Made by a program: the position numbers and the translations under genes. A stretch of DNA of 64,000 nucleotides from Nanobdellota archaeon (GTDB lineage: Archaea > Nanobdellota > Nanobdellia > Woesearchaeales > GW2011-AR4), in contig JBBSWH010000005.1 of the NCBI GenBank assembly GCA_038046385.1, forward strand, positions 32,001 to 96,000, read 5' to 3'. Of this stretch, positions 1 through 8,102 are shown piece by piece. Each line of letters starts with the position of its first letter. Position 1 is the first letter of the stretch. The notes beneath the pieces are model-generated. The model was not told where the DNA came from. It saw nothing but the letters and a program-made list of their open reading frames with translations, and searched no databases.

Positions 1-1203
1 TTTGTATTCTTTTTCAATTACATTGTTCCCTAAGCCAAGAATGTCCTTGTACATCTCTGTTGGAGTTAAAGTGCCTGACATTAGTATTGAGGAATAGCAA
101 TTATCAAAGACTTCTTTTGTGGCAATTGACGGGTCAAGGCACCTGTAAGCAAGGTTTATTTTTATTTTCTTGTCAGAATATTTTGAAACAATCCTTCCGA
201 AGCCCTTGTCAGGCCCAAGCCATGCCTCGAGGAATTTTGCAATATTCAAAACAAAACTTCTCTTTTGCTTGTCCCTTATGTCCTCTCCAATAAAAAGCAG
301 CTCTGAAACAACAGTGTCATAATTTTTTATCTTGTTTATCTGGTCTACAAAATCATTTTTGCTTATGATTGCTTCCGAATCAATATCTTTTGCAACTGCA
401 AAGAGCGCTTCCTCTATAATATGCAGGTTTGCAGCTGTTTCAGGATATTCATATTTCTGCGCCTCTTTCATTGCATACTCTATTAGATTGCTTGATGTGC
501 TCTGCGTCAATAATTCCCTTGCTCTTGACGGAAGGTTATGGGCTTCGTCCACAATAAGAATACAGTTCTGCAGCTCTTTTTTTGCTTTCAAAAGGAAACT
601 ATTCCTTATGCTTGTGTTGAACATGTAATAATAATCTGCAACAATGACTTTTGCGTCTGAAGCTGACAATACTGCGAGCTCGTATGGGCACAGGGACATA
701 TTTTTTCCTATTTCAATGACATCCTGCACATGCAATGGCTCCTTCATTCTTTCAAGGGCTTCCTTGGCTTCAAAAGTCGGCTGAAGATTTTGTTTTCTGG
801 TATTTGTATAAAATTCGCACTTGTTTTCATCTCTTAATGACTTGCAGTATTCGTGGAATGAGCCGGACTGCATGATCTCAACATTATTCTGCAGGCACAT
901 TGCTTTTTTGCCTATGATATCAGCGCATCCCAGATCTATATTGAATTTCTGCTTTATCTGCTTTAAGCTGTCGACAACTATCTTATGCTGGGTATGCCTT
1001 GATGTGAGAAAGAATATTGTAAGATTTTTTTTCATTGCAAAAGGCAAAGAAGGGGCGAGGGAAGCAATTGTCTTTCCTATTCCGGTTGGAGCATGCATTA
1101 TGATGTGCTTCTTTTTTTCAAGAGAATTGAGCACGTCGGCAACCATATCGGATTGAACATTTCTTATTTTTTCATAAGGAAAATAAATTTCGCTTGATTC
1201 CAT
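1..1203 (-). CDS. XPD/Rad3/DinG-family ATP-dependent DNA helicase (3' part outside window)
   Basis: Manual translation from ATG at 1203: MESSEIYFPYEKIRNVQSDM...HAPTGIGKT (Q motif, Walker A), Fe-S cluster cysteines and a DEAH box; runs off the window edge so it is absent from the ORF track. Confidence 0.88.
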   Translation of the reverse strand, partial: MESSEIYFPYEKIRNVQSDMVADVLNSLEKKKHIIMHAPTGIGKTIASLAPSLPFAMKKNLTIFFLTSRHTQHKIVVDSLKQIKQKFNIDLGCADIIGKKAMCLQNNVEIMQSGSFHEYCKSLRDENKCEFYTNTRKQNLQPTFEAKEALERMKEPLHVQDVIEIGKNMSLCPYELAVLSASDAKVIVADYYYMFNTSIRNSFLLKAKKELQNCILIVDEAHNLPSRARELLTQSTSSNLIEYAMKEAQKYEYPETAANLHIIEEALFAVAKDIDSEAIISKNDFVDQINKIKNYDTVVSELLFIGEDIRDKQKRSFVLNIAKFLEAWLGPDKGFGRIVSKYSDKKIKINLAYRCLDPSIATKEVFDNCYSSILMSGTLTPTEMYKDILGLGNNVIEKEYK

Positions 1204-1317
1204 TAAGCAAAGGCATTCATCTTGTTTTATAAGCTTTTAGGCAAGATTTGGCTGCGCGGTTGGAAGAGGGCATACGGCAACAAAAAGCTTTAAATCCAGC
1301 TAAAAATACCACTTATC

Positions 1318-1929
1318 ATGATAATCTGGATAATCATAGTCACCTTTTTTTTGCTTCTTATCTCGTTCCTGCTGAATTTCTACAGGGATCCTGAAAGAAC
1401 AATTCCAAAAGGAAACAATATTGTTTCTCCTGCAGATGGAAAAGTTATAAGCATAATAGACACGGCAAAAAACAATGTAAGAATAAACAAAGGTTTCCTT
1501 GGAAAAATAAAATCTTATTCAAAGGATGTTGCTCCAGAATGCAAAATAATATCTATTTTCATGTCTCCTTTGGATGTGCACATAAACAGAGCCCCAATAA
1601 GCGGAAAAGTGGTTTATGCAAAGCATTCAAAAGGCAAATTTTTCAGGGCGTATAACCTAGAAAAAAGCTTCGAGAATGAGAAAAATGAGATTCTTATAGA
1701 AAATAAAAAGATGAAAGTCAAGGTCATCCAGATAGCCGGGTTCCTTGCAAGAAGGATAATCTGCCATGTAAAAAAGAATGACAAGGTTGATAAAGGCGGT
1801 AAGATAGGAAAGATATCCCTTGGAAGCCAGGCTACTTTAATGCTTCCAAAAAATGTTGAAATAAAAGTTAAACTTGGCCAGAAAGTAAAGGCAGGCGAGA
1901 CAATAATTGCATCAATAAAATGGCAATAA
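1318..1929 (+). CDS. psd: Phosphatidylserine/archaetidylserine decarboxylase proenzyme
   Basis: FYRDPER, SPADGKV, IFMSPLDVHINRAP and LGS self-cleavage motif. Confidence 0.92.
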   Translation: MIIWIIIVTFFLLLISFLLNFYRDPERTIPKGNNIVSPADGKVISIIDTAKNNVRINKGFLGKIKSYSKDVAPECKIISIFMSPLDVHINRAPISGKVVYAKHSKGKFFRAYNLEKSFENEKNEILIENKKMKVKVIQIAGFLARRIICHVKKNDKVDKGGKIGKISLGSQATLMLPKNVEIKVKLGQKVKAGETIIASIKWQ

Positions 1930-2987
1930 AAATTAAAAAGGAAAAAATATTTTTCACAATACCCTGGTTAAGGTGCATTCTTGCGATTATTGTGGGTATT
2001 GCAATCATATCCGAAAAAAGAAATATATCTCTGTTTATTTTCATTCTTGCAACTTTAATCGGGTTTTTTGATATTTTCATAGCAAAACGCTATCCTTCAA
2101 TGCTTCGCTCTGTGATTGACTTCTTTGCAGACAAATTAATTGTGAATATAGCTGCAATTGCCCTTGCATTTGGAGGAATAATCCCTTTTTGGGCTGCGCT
2201 GATTTTCATTGCAAGGGACATGCTTACTGTGATAGGGGGCACTATACTGATTTACAGGGACTTGAGAAGGGAATTCAAGCCGACTGTGCTCGGCAAGATA
2301 AGTTATTTTTTCCAGATAATGTCGCTTATTCCCCCAATTATAAACAATGAGGTTGACTGGTACCTGATGTCTGCTGCGCTTATACTTACGGTTGCATCCG
2401 GCGCCTATGCGCTGATAAAATCCGAATTCAGGTTTACAAGAAAAAAAAGAGACCTGGATGATTTCAGGATAATCAAGCTTATTAAGCTTGCTGATTTGTT
2501 CACGCTTTTCAACGTAGCCATTGGGCTTATGAGCATAGTTTTTTCAATAGAAAACAGCTTTAACTATGCAGCGTTTTTTCTTTTTATTGCAGTTGCCTTT
2601 GACTATTTAGACGGAAAAATAGCAAAAGTAATGCAGCAGCAAAATGAGTTTGGGAAAGAGCTTGATTCATTGGCGGACACTGTATCTTTTGGAGTTGCTC
2701 CTGCTATATTTGGATTTAGCCTGATGCAGGATGCAATTGGCGCCAGCCAGATTAAGGTAACATTCGGGATGATAACTCTCGCCATTTTCCTTTTCTGCGG
2801 AATCCTGAGGCTTGCAAGATACAATATAATGAATTTGAAAGGCTCTTTTCAGGGCATGCCTATAACTTTGAACGGGATAATAATTCCAGCAGCATACTAC
2901 ATTAATTCCCCGATAAAATTTTACCCTTACATTTACCTTGTGTTAGGAATTCTAATGGTTTCTTCTTTCAGAATAAAGAGATTGTGA
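1920..2987 (+). CDS. Two-domain CDP-alcohol phosphatidyltransferase (PgsA-like N-half, PssA-like C-half)
   Basis: C-half has an intact DYLDGKIAK...GKELDSLADTVSFGVAP motif and LRLARYN typical of PssA; N-half has a degenerate motif (FFDIFIAKR...DFFADK). Confidence 0.85.
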   Translation: MAIKIKKEKIFFTIPWLRCILAIIVGIAIISEKRNISLFIFILATLIGFFDIFIAKRYPSMLRSVIDFFADKLIVNIAAIALAFGGIIPFWAALIFIARDMLTVIGGTILIYRDLRREFKPTVLGKISYFFQIMSLIPPIINNEVDWYLMSAALILTVASGAYALIKSEFRFTRKKRDLDDFRIIKLIKLADLFTLFNVAIGLMSIVFSIENSFNYAAFFLFIAVAFDYLDGKIAKVMQQQNEFGKELDSLADTVSFGVAPAIFGFSLMQDAIGASQIKVTFGMITLAIFLFCGILRLARYNIMNLKGSFQGMPITLNGIIIPAAYYINSPIKFYPYIYLVLGILMVSSFRIKRL

Positions 2988-4010
2988 CTATTTTTTTGAA
3001 AAGGTCTTGTATGCAAAAGTTGCCAGTGTTGCGTATGTTGACGCCATCACTATCATCAAAAATATGTTCTTGTAGGCGAAGTCTATCAGCAAGGCAAGTA
3101 TGGCAGCATATCCAAGCCCGACGTTTACAGTGCTGATTGTCGGCTTTATTACCCTCTTGTATTTTTTTAGGTTATATGCCTTGAGCAAAACTATCAGCAA
3201 TATTGCCAAAATAAGCATGGCTGCATAAAAACCCGTTACATATTTTGCGTAAATGAATATCACAAGAGTTGTCAGGATAAAAATAGTGTCTGAGGTAGAA
3301 TCAAATAAGCTACCAAATTCCGTCATCTGGTTCATGACCCTTGCTGAAACCCCATCAAGCTTGTCGCTTAATGTGATTATTCCAAAAATAATCAATGCGA
3401 TGTTTACTTTTGAATTAAGAAAGTAATATGCAAAAGGGATTATGAGCAAAAGCCTTGAAAGAGTTATAAGATTAGGCAAGTTTACTATTTTGTTTCCTGT
3501 CTTGATTCTTATTTTTATAAGATATTCTATTCCAGACCCCAATGTGATAATCACTGCAAGGATCATCATGGGGTATGCAAACTGAAGCTGAAGCAACGCA
3601 AAGACTATCGCAATGCTTTGCACGACTGTTTTTGCCTTTCCAAAAAAGCTTGCAGGCACAATTATTTTTGAAGGTATCAAGTAAAACCTTATTCCAGTAA
3701 CTACTATCTCTCTCGATATTATGGCCATGGCCATCCAAAGTTCAACTCCATTGCCTATCAAAAAAATGAGAGCAGTGGATATAAGGAGTTTATCCGCTAT
3801 AGGATCTATCAGCTGCCCAAGTTCAGTAATCTGGTTCTTTTTTCTTGCAAAATATCCATCAAATGCGTCTGAAACAGAAAGCATGATAAAGATAAATGCA
3901 GAAAGCAAAGGCTTGTGGGGAATGTCTACAAGAAGGATTACTGCAAAAAGAGGTATCAATGCCACCCTTAGCAGAGTTATTCTATTAGGAATGTTAAAAT
4001 GAAATTTCAT
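2988..4010 (-). CDS. Tandem two-domain PgsA-like CDP-alcohol phosphatidyltransferase
   Basis: Two repeats of NxPNxITxxR...DxxDGxxAR...GxxxDxxxD. Confidence 0.88.
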   Translation of the reverse strand: MKFHFNIPNRITLLRVALIPLFAVILLVDIPHKPLLSAFIFIMLSVSDAFDGYFARKKNQITELGQLIDPIADKLLISTALIFLIGNGVELWMAMAIISREIVVTGIRFYLIPSKIIVPASFFGKAKTVVQSIAIVFALLQLQFAYPMMILAVIITLGSGIEYLIKIRIKTGNKIVNLPNLITLSRLLLIIPFAYYFLNSKVNIALIIFGIITLSDKLDGVSARVMNQMTEFGSLFDSTSDTIFILTTLVIFIYAKYVTGFYAAMLILAILLIVLLKAYNLKKYKRVIKPTISTVNVGLGYAAILALLIDFAYKNIFLMIVMASTYATLATFAYKTFSKK

Positions 4011-4050
4011 AAAACAAAATATTTATAACGGCTTAAATAGTTTTCTGAAA

Positions 4051-4689
4051 ATGATGAAATACGACCTGCACATGCACACGCATTATTCAAAATGCAGTAA
4101 CTTGAAGCCAGATACTATTCTGAAACTTGCAAAAAAGAAAAAACTGGATGGCATTGCAATAACTGACCATCACGAGATAAAAGGCGCTTTGGAAGTCAAG
4201 AAGCTAAACAAGAATAAGAATTTTGAGGTTATTGTAGGAGAAGAGATAAGCACTGACAAAGGAGATGTTCTTCTTTATTATCTTGAGAAAAAGGTTTATG
4301 AAACTGAATTTTACAAGGTGGTTGAAGAAGCAAAAAAACAGAATGCATTAATCGTCATACCTCACCCTTTCAGGAGAACAATGCTGCATGACCATAAATT
4401 CCAGATGCCGCTTGAAAAAATAAAAAATATTGCTGATGCTGTTGAATGCTTCAACGCAAGGATGTTATTCCCATATGACAATAAAAAGGCCGATTTGGAA
4501 GCTTCACGCCTCGGAATGGCAAAAACCGGAGGGTCTGATGCGCACTTCTCCTTTGAAATCGGGACAGGCTGCACTGTTTTTGACGGAAATTTAAGAAATG
4601 CTATAAAAAATAAAAAAACAAAACCATGCGGAAGAATAAAATTCGGGGCTTTTGGAGGGATATTAAGCTATCTTAGAAAAATATATTAA
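4051..4689 (+). CDS. PHP-domain metal-dependent phosphoesterase
   Basis: DLHMHTHYS, AITDHH, PHPF, GGSDAH motifs. Confidence 0.9.
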   Translation: MMKYDLHMHTHYSKCSNLKPDTILKLAKKKKLDGIAITDHHEIKGALEVKKLNKNKNFEVIVGEEISTDKGDVLLYYLEKKVYETEFYKVVEEAKKQNALIVIPHPFRRTMLHDHKFQMPLEKIKNIADAVECFNARMLFPYDNKKADLEASRLGMAKTGGSDAHFSFEIGTGCTVFDGNLRNAIKNKKTKPCGRIKFGAFGGILSYLRKIY

Positions 4690-4771
4690 ATTTTCCCGTC
4701 AGTTAGCGCATAAATTGTCAACAATCTGAATTTTTGCAAAACTATTTAAATAAATATCTTATAGTTAATGC

Positions 4772-5320
4772 ATGACAGAAACTTTGTTTGTGCTAATTTC
4801 ACAATGCTTTTACCTTCTTTTGCCTGCATATTTTGCGAACATGGCACCGGTCATTGTAAAAAATGTGAATTTTCTTAATTATCCTATCGATTTCGGAAAA
4901 AAAATAGGAGGGAAGCCAATACTTGGAAATCATAAGACATTCAGGGGATTGTTTTTCGGGGTTTTGTTTGGAATTATAATTGCATATTTTCAATTTCTTA
5001 TTTATAAATCGGGAAATTTTGCCGGCATCGCAGTTGTTGACTATGACAAGTGGCTGCTTTTGGGCATTTTGCTGGGAAGCGGCGCTCTTATAGGGGATGC
5101 TGTAAAAAGCTTTTTCAAAAGAAGAGTGAATATAGCACCAGGAGCAAAGTTCATACCATTTGACCAAACTGATTTTGTGATTGGGGCATTGATTTTCACA
5201 ATGCTGTTTTTTGAAATAAACTTAAAAATATTTTTTACGTCGATATTATTGAGTTTTGCGCTGCATATAATAACCAATCACCTTGCTTTCTGGCTCAAGA
5301 TGAGAGACGAGAAATGGTAG
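4772..5320 (+). CDS. carS: CDP-archaeol synthase
   Basis: PAYFANMAP, PIDFG, GNHKTFRG, GDAVKSFFKRR, DQTDF motifs. Confidence 0.9.
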   Translation: MTETLFVLISQCFYLLLPAYFANMAPVIVKNVNFLNYPIDFGKKIGGKPILGNHKTFRGLFFGVLFGIIIAYFQFLIYKSGNFAGIAVVDYDKWLLLGILLGSGALIGDAVKSFFKRRVNIAPGAKFIPFDQTDFVIGALIFTMLFFEINLKIFFTSILLSFALHIITNHLAFWLKMRDEKW

Positions 5321-5788
5321 TCAAATCAGATAAAGAAGGTTTGCAAGCAGAATAAATCCGGTGTTGTAGAATATCAATTTGTACCGGTTGTTTTCTTTTT
5401 TGGTGTAAAGAAGAGATGCGGCTGCAATTCCGTAGATGAAAATTAAGCTCGATTCAATCAGGAAAAAAATCTGGTTTTTTGAGCTTAGGTAAAAAAGAAT
5501 GCCAAAAAGGCCGTATGATATGATTGATTTTTTCATCTGGTCTTTTAGGCTGTATTCGACAAAAAAGACAAATAGGCCATAAGCAATTGTGATTACCAAA
5601 TAAACGCTATTTTTATAAAAATTTAATATTGCAAAAAGGAATATTAAAATCAATATAGATTTTCTGCATATCTCAAAATATTTCTTGAGCGGCTTCTGCT
5701 CTTCAGGCGCTATTTTTATCAATAATATTCCTGCGGCAAGCCCGAGAAAAGAGATTATAGAAGCAAAAAAATAGTTGATGAACTCCAT
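5321..5788 (-). CDS. Hypothetical membrane protein
   Basis: 155-aa ORF with several hydrophobic helices, in tandem with rpiB. Confidence 0.7.
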   Translation of the reverse strand: MEFINYFFASIISFLGLAAGILLIKIAPEEQKPLKKYFEICRKSILILIFLFAILNFYKNSVYLVITIAYGLFVFFVEYSLKDQMKKSIISYGLFGILFYLSSKNQIFFLIESSLIFIYGIAAASLLYTKKENNRYKLIFYNTGFILLANLLYLI

Positions 5789-5792
5789 TTTG

Positions 5793-6248
5793 TTATTTTT
5801 CAGCTTTTGTTATTTTTGAAATTCTTCTCACGTGCCTTTCATCATTTGTAAAATATGTTGATAACCATATTTTTGCTGCTTCAAAAGCATGGTCGTTTGT
5901 CATGAATCTTGCGCCGATTGAAAGAATATTGGCGTCGTTGTGCTCTCTTGAGAGTTTGACTATCTCAAGGTTATTGCAGTTGTAGACTGCTGCGCGGACT
6001 CCTTTTACTTTGTTTGCTGAAATTGCCTCTCCCTGACCTGAACCGCCGAAGATTATTCCTTTTGAGATTTTGTCTTTGGAAACTTCTTTTGCGGCTGAAA
6101 TTATAAAGTCAGGATAATCGTCTTCCTTGTCGTATTCTAATGCTCCTTTATCTATGACGTTGTAACCTTCTTTCAGCAGCGCTTTTTTCATGAATTCCTT
6201 CATCTCAAAGCCTGCATGATCTGTTGCGAGAAATATTTTGGGTTTCAT
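5793..6248 (-). CDS. rpiB: Ribose-5-phosphate isomerase B (RpiB/LacA/LacB family)
   Basis: DHAG, DDYPD, GGSGQGE, ANKVKGVRAA, REHNDAN, RHVRR. Confidence 0.93.
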   Translation of the reverse strand: MKPKIFLATDHAGFEMKEFMKKALLKEGYNVIDKGALEYDKEDDYPDFIISAAKEVSKDKISKGIIFGGSGQGEAISANKVKGVRAAVYNCNNLEIVKLSREHNDANILSIGARFMTNDHAFEAAKIWLSTYFTNDERHVRRISKITKAEK

Positions 6249-6291
6249 AAGAATGAAATAATTATTTTGCTTTTAAATGTTTCTTAAAATC

Positions 6292-6558
6292 TTAATACCA
6301 AGTCCCGCGCCACGTGGAGTGTCCCCATTGGATTAGCAAATCAACACCTAATCTTTCAACCTGCAAAGGAACGTCGCATGCGCCGAAGCATGAGCCCATC
6401 CAGATGACAACAGAGGATCCTGTGTTTTTCTCTATTGATTCCTGTATTTCAGCTGCCTTTGGCTTTAATCCGTCCGGTAGCTGCACGCAGACCATCTTAG
6501 GATTATCTTTCTTGATTCTTTCAATGACTTTGCTTAATTCAAGGTCGTATTGGTCCAT
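6292..6558 (-). CDS. Stand-alone N-terminal domain of diphthamide synthesis protein Dph2
   Basis: VQLPDGLK, CFGACD, WGHS match Dph1/Dph2 domain 1; only 88 aa. Confidence 0.82.
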   Translation of the reverse strand: MDQYDLELSKVIERIKKDNPKMVCVQLPDGLKPKAAEIQESIEKNTGSSVVIWMGSCFGACDVPLQVERLGVDLLIQWGHSTWRGTWY

Positions 6559-6589
6559 ATCAAATAGGAAGAATATGTGGTTTAAAAAG

Positions 6590-7357
6590 TTATTTGAGAA
6601 TTCGCTGTATAATATAGTTCATGTATTTTTGACGATGTGAATCTGTAACCCTTGAATCTTGTCCAAATATTGCGCTAAAATCTGCTGCTACAAGATACAT
6701 AAGGAAAATCTTCCCGAACTGATTAGGATTCGCTTCCTTAAGCTGTTTTTTTGACGGGCCTCTTTGATATTCTGATGCAGCCACTGCAAGAAGATGCGGA
6801 TTGTTCAATGCAGAATCTGCATTAAATAATGAATCTGATTTTGTTAGGGGAAGCCTGTTCTGCTCGTCCAGCAAATCCCTGTATGCCATTGCAACATATT
6901 TAACATTTCTTTCCGGATCTGCCAATATTTCTTCAAATTCTCTTCTTCCTCTTTCGAGGCCGGGATGAAACATCTTATCAAGGCCTGCCGCTGTTGCAGC
7001 TTTCACCTGGCCCGGGCCAAGAGAAGGGTTATTCAAATTCAGCATTAATGCAATATTATCTTTCCAGTCTTCATAACGCGGCCTGTCGTGGTTTTGCGCC
7101 ATTATAAGCGCTGCAACTGCCTCTGGAAAAATTCCATAAAGTTTTGAAGATGAAGCAATCTCGTTGCTGTATTTTTTTACAAATGCAAGAGAAATTTGGT
7201 CTCCTTTTAATTCAGAAGAAGCTGTTTGCATCTCTCCCCTATCGAGATATCTTGACAGATTTCTCGAATCTGCAAGTCTCCCATATGAAGCGATTCCAGC
7301 AGAAGCTACAAGAGCGCACAACGATGCAACTTTAGCTTTCTGGTTTAAGCTTGCCAT
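6590..7357 (-). CDS. Secreted/anchored protein with lysozyme/lytic transglycosylase-like motifs
   Basis: N-terminal hydrophobic segment; YGIFPEAVAALIMAQN, SLGPGQV, DPERNV resemble SLT motifs. Confidence 0.5.
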   Translation of the reverse strand: MASLNQKAKVASLCALVASAGIASYGRLADSRNLSRYLDRGEMQTASSELKGDQISLAFVKKYSNEIASSSKLYGIFPEAVAALIMAQNHDRPRYEDWKDNIALMLNLNNPSLGPGQVKAATAAGLDKMFHPGLERGRREFEEILADPERNVKYVAMAYRDLLDEQNRLPLTKSDSLFNADSALNNPHLLAVAASEYQRGPSKKQLKEANPNQFGKIFLMYLVAADFSAIFGQDSRVTDSHRQKYMNYIIQRILK

Positions 7358-7382
7358 CTAGGTAAAATAAAATTATTGCGAT

Positions 7383-7535
7383 TTATTCGCAGAAAATCTC
7401 ATCCATTTCGAATCCAGATAAATCTCTCTTGTTGATGAGCTTTGCAAAGTCCTTGTCCTTAAGCTTTTTCCTTGCGCTTCTCATGTTCTCTATCTGGTCC
7501 ATATCCTCGTCCAAAAATAATTCTTCTGATTCCAT
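7383..7535 (-). CDS. Small hypothetical protein (50 aa)
   Basis: Manual translation MESEELFLDEDMDQIENMRSARKKLKDKDFAKLINKRDLSGFEMDEIFCE; fills an otherwise empty gap. Confidence 0.55.
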   Translation of the reverse strand: MESEELFLDEDMDQIENMRSARKKLKDKDFAKLINKRDLSGFEMDEIFCE

Positions 7536-7536
7536 T

Positions 7537-7638
7537 TTAGTATGATTGATTGCTATAGCTCTGATTAGGCTGATATTCTATTGCAGGCTTCTCTTGCTTA
7601 GAGTATGCCCCCTCAGCTATTGAACAAGCTAAACACAT
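7537..7638 (-). CDS. Small CxxC peptide (33 aa)
   Basis: MCLACSIAEGAYSKQEKPAIEYQPNQSYSNQSY, preceded by a G-rich SD-like GGGGGGAT; stop lies 1 nt before the next ATG. Confidence 0.4.
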   Translation of the reverse strand: MCLACSIAEGAYSKQEKPAIEYQPNQSYSNQSY

Positions 7639-7744
7639 TTTAAACCAATCCCCCCTATTATTCGTTACTTAGTAGTGATGTAACTGGTATATAAAGTTTT
7701 CTATCGGTATAGCTAAAATGAATTATTTTCACTATAGAAAAAAA

Positions 7745-8059
7745 CTACTTTACCGGAAACCGTGTATAGTGCTTACAGCCAGAACAATAGTAGATTAGCC
7801 TGCTTTTATGCAGCCTTACCCTACAGTTTACGCTCGGAACAAGGTATTTGTAGCAGTTCTTGCAAACTGTTCTCTTTTGATTTGATGTAAACTTGATTTT
7901 GTACTTCATGGCAATCCTTCTTGCCATGGCTATGTGCTTGTTTGATATGGATGAATCTTTTTTGAAAGAATCCTTTGCCATGCTGAACAAAAGAGAAATT
8001 CGCTTTTTTGCAATCTCTAATTGTTTTGCAGGCTTCTTGTAGTAGCGTTTCTTGGGCAT
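7745..8059 (-). CDS. rnp4: RNase P protein subunit Rpp21 (Rpr2)
   Basis: IAKKRISLLF, ARRIAMKYKI, CKNC...CSGC zinc ribbon. Confidence 0.9.
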   Translation of the reverse strand: MPKKRYYKKPAKQLEIAKKRISLLFSMAKDSFKKDSSISNKHIAMARRIAMKYKIKFTSNQKRTVCKNCYKYLVPSVNCRVRLHKSRLIYYCSGCKHYTRFPVK

Positions 8060-8102
8060 AGAGATAACTTAAGGGAATTGAAATATAAAGTTATCCGAGA
8101 AA

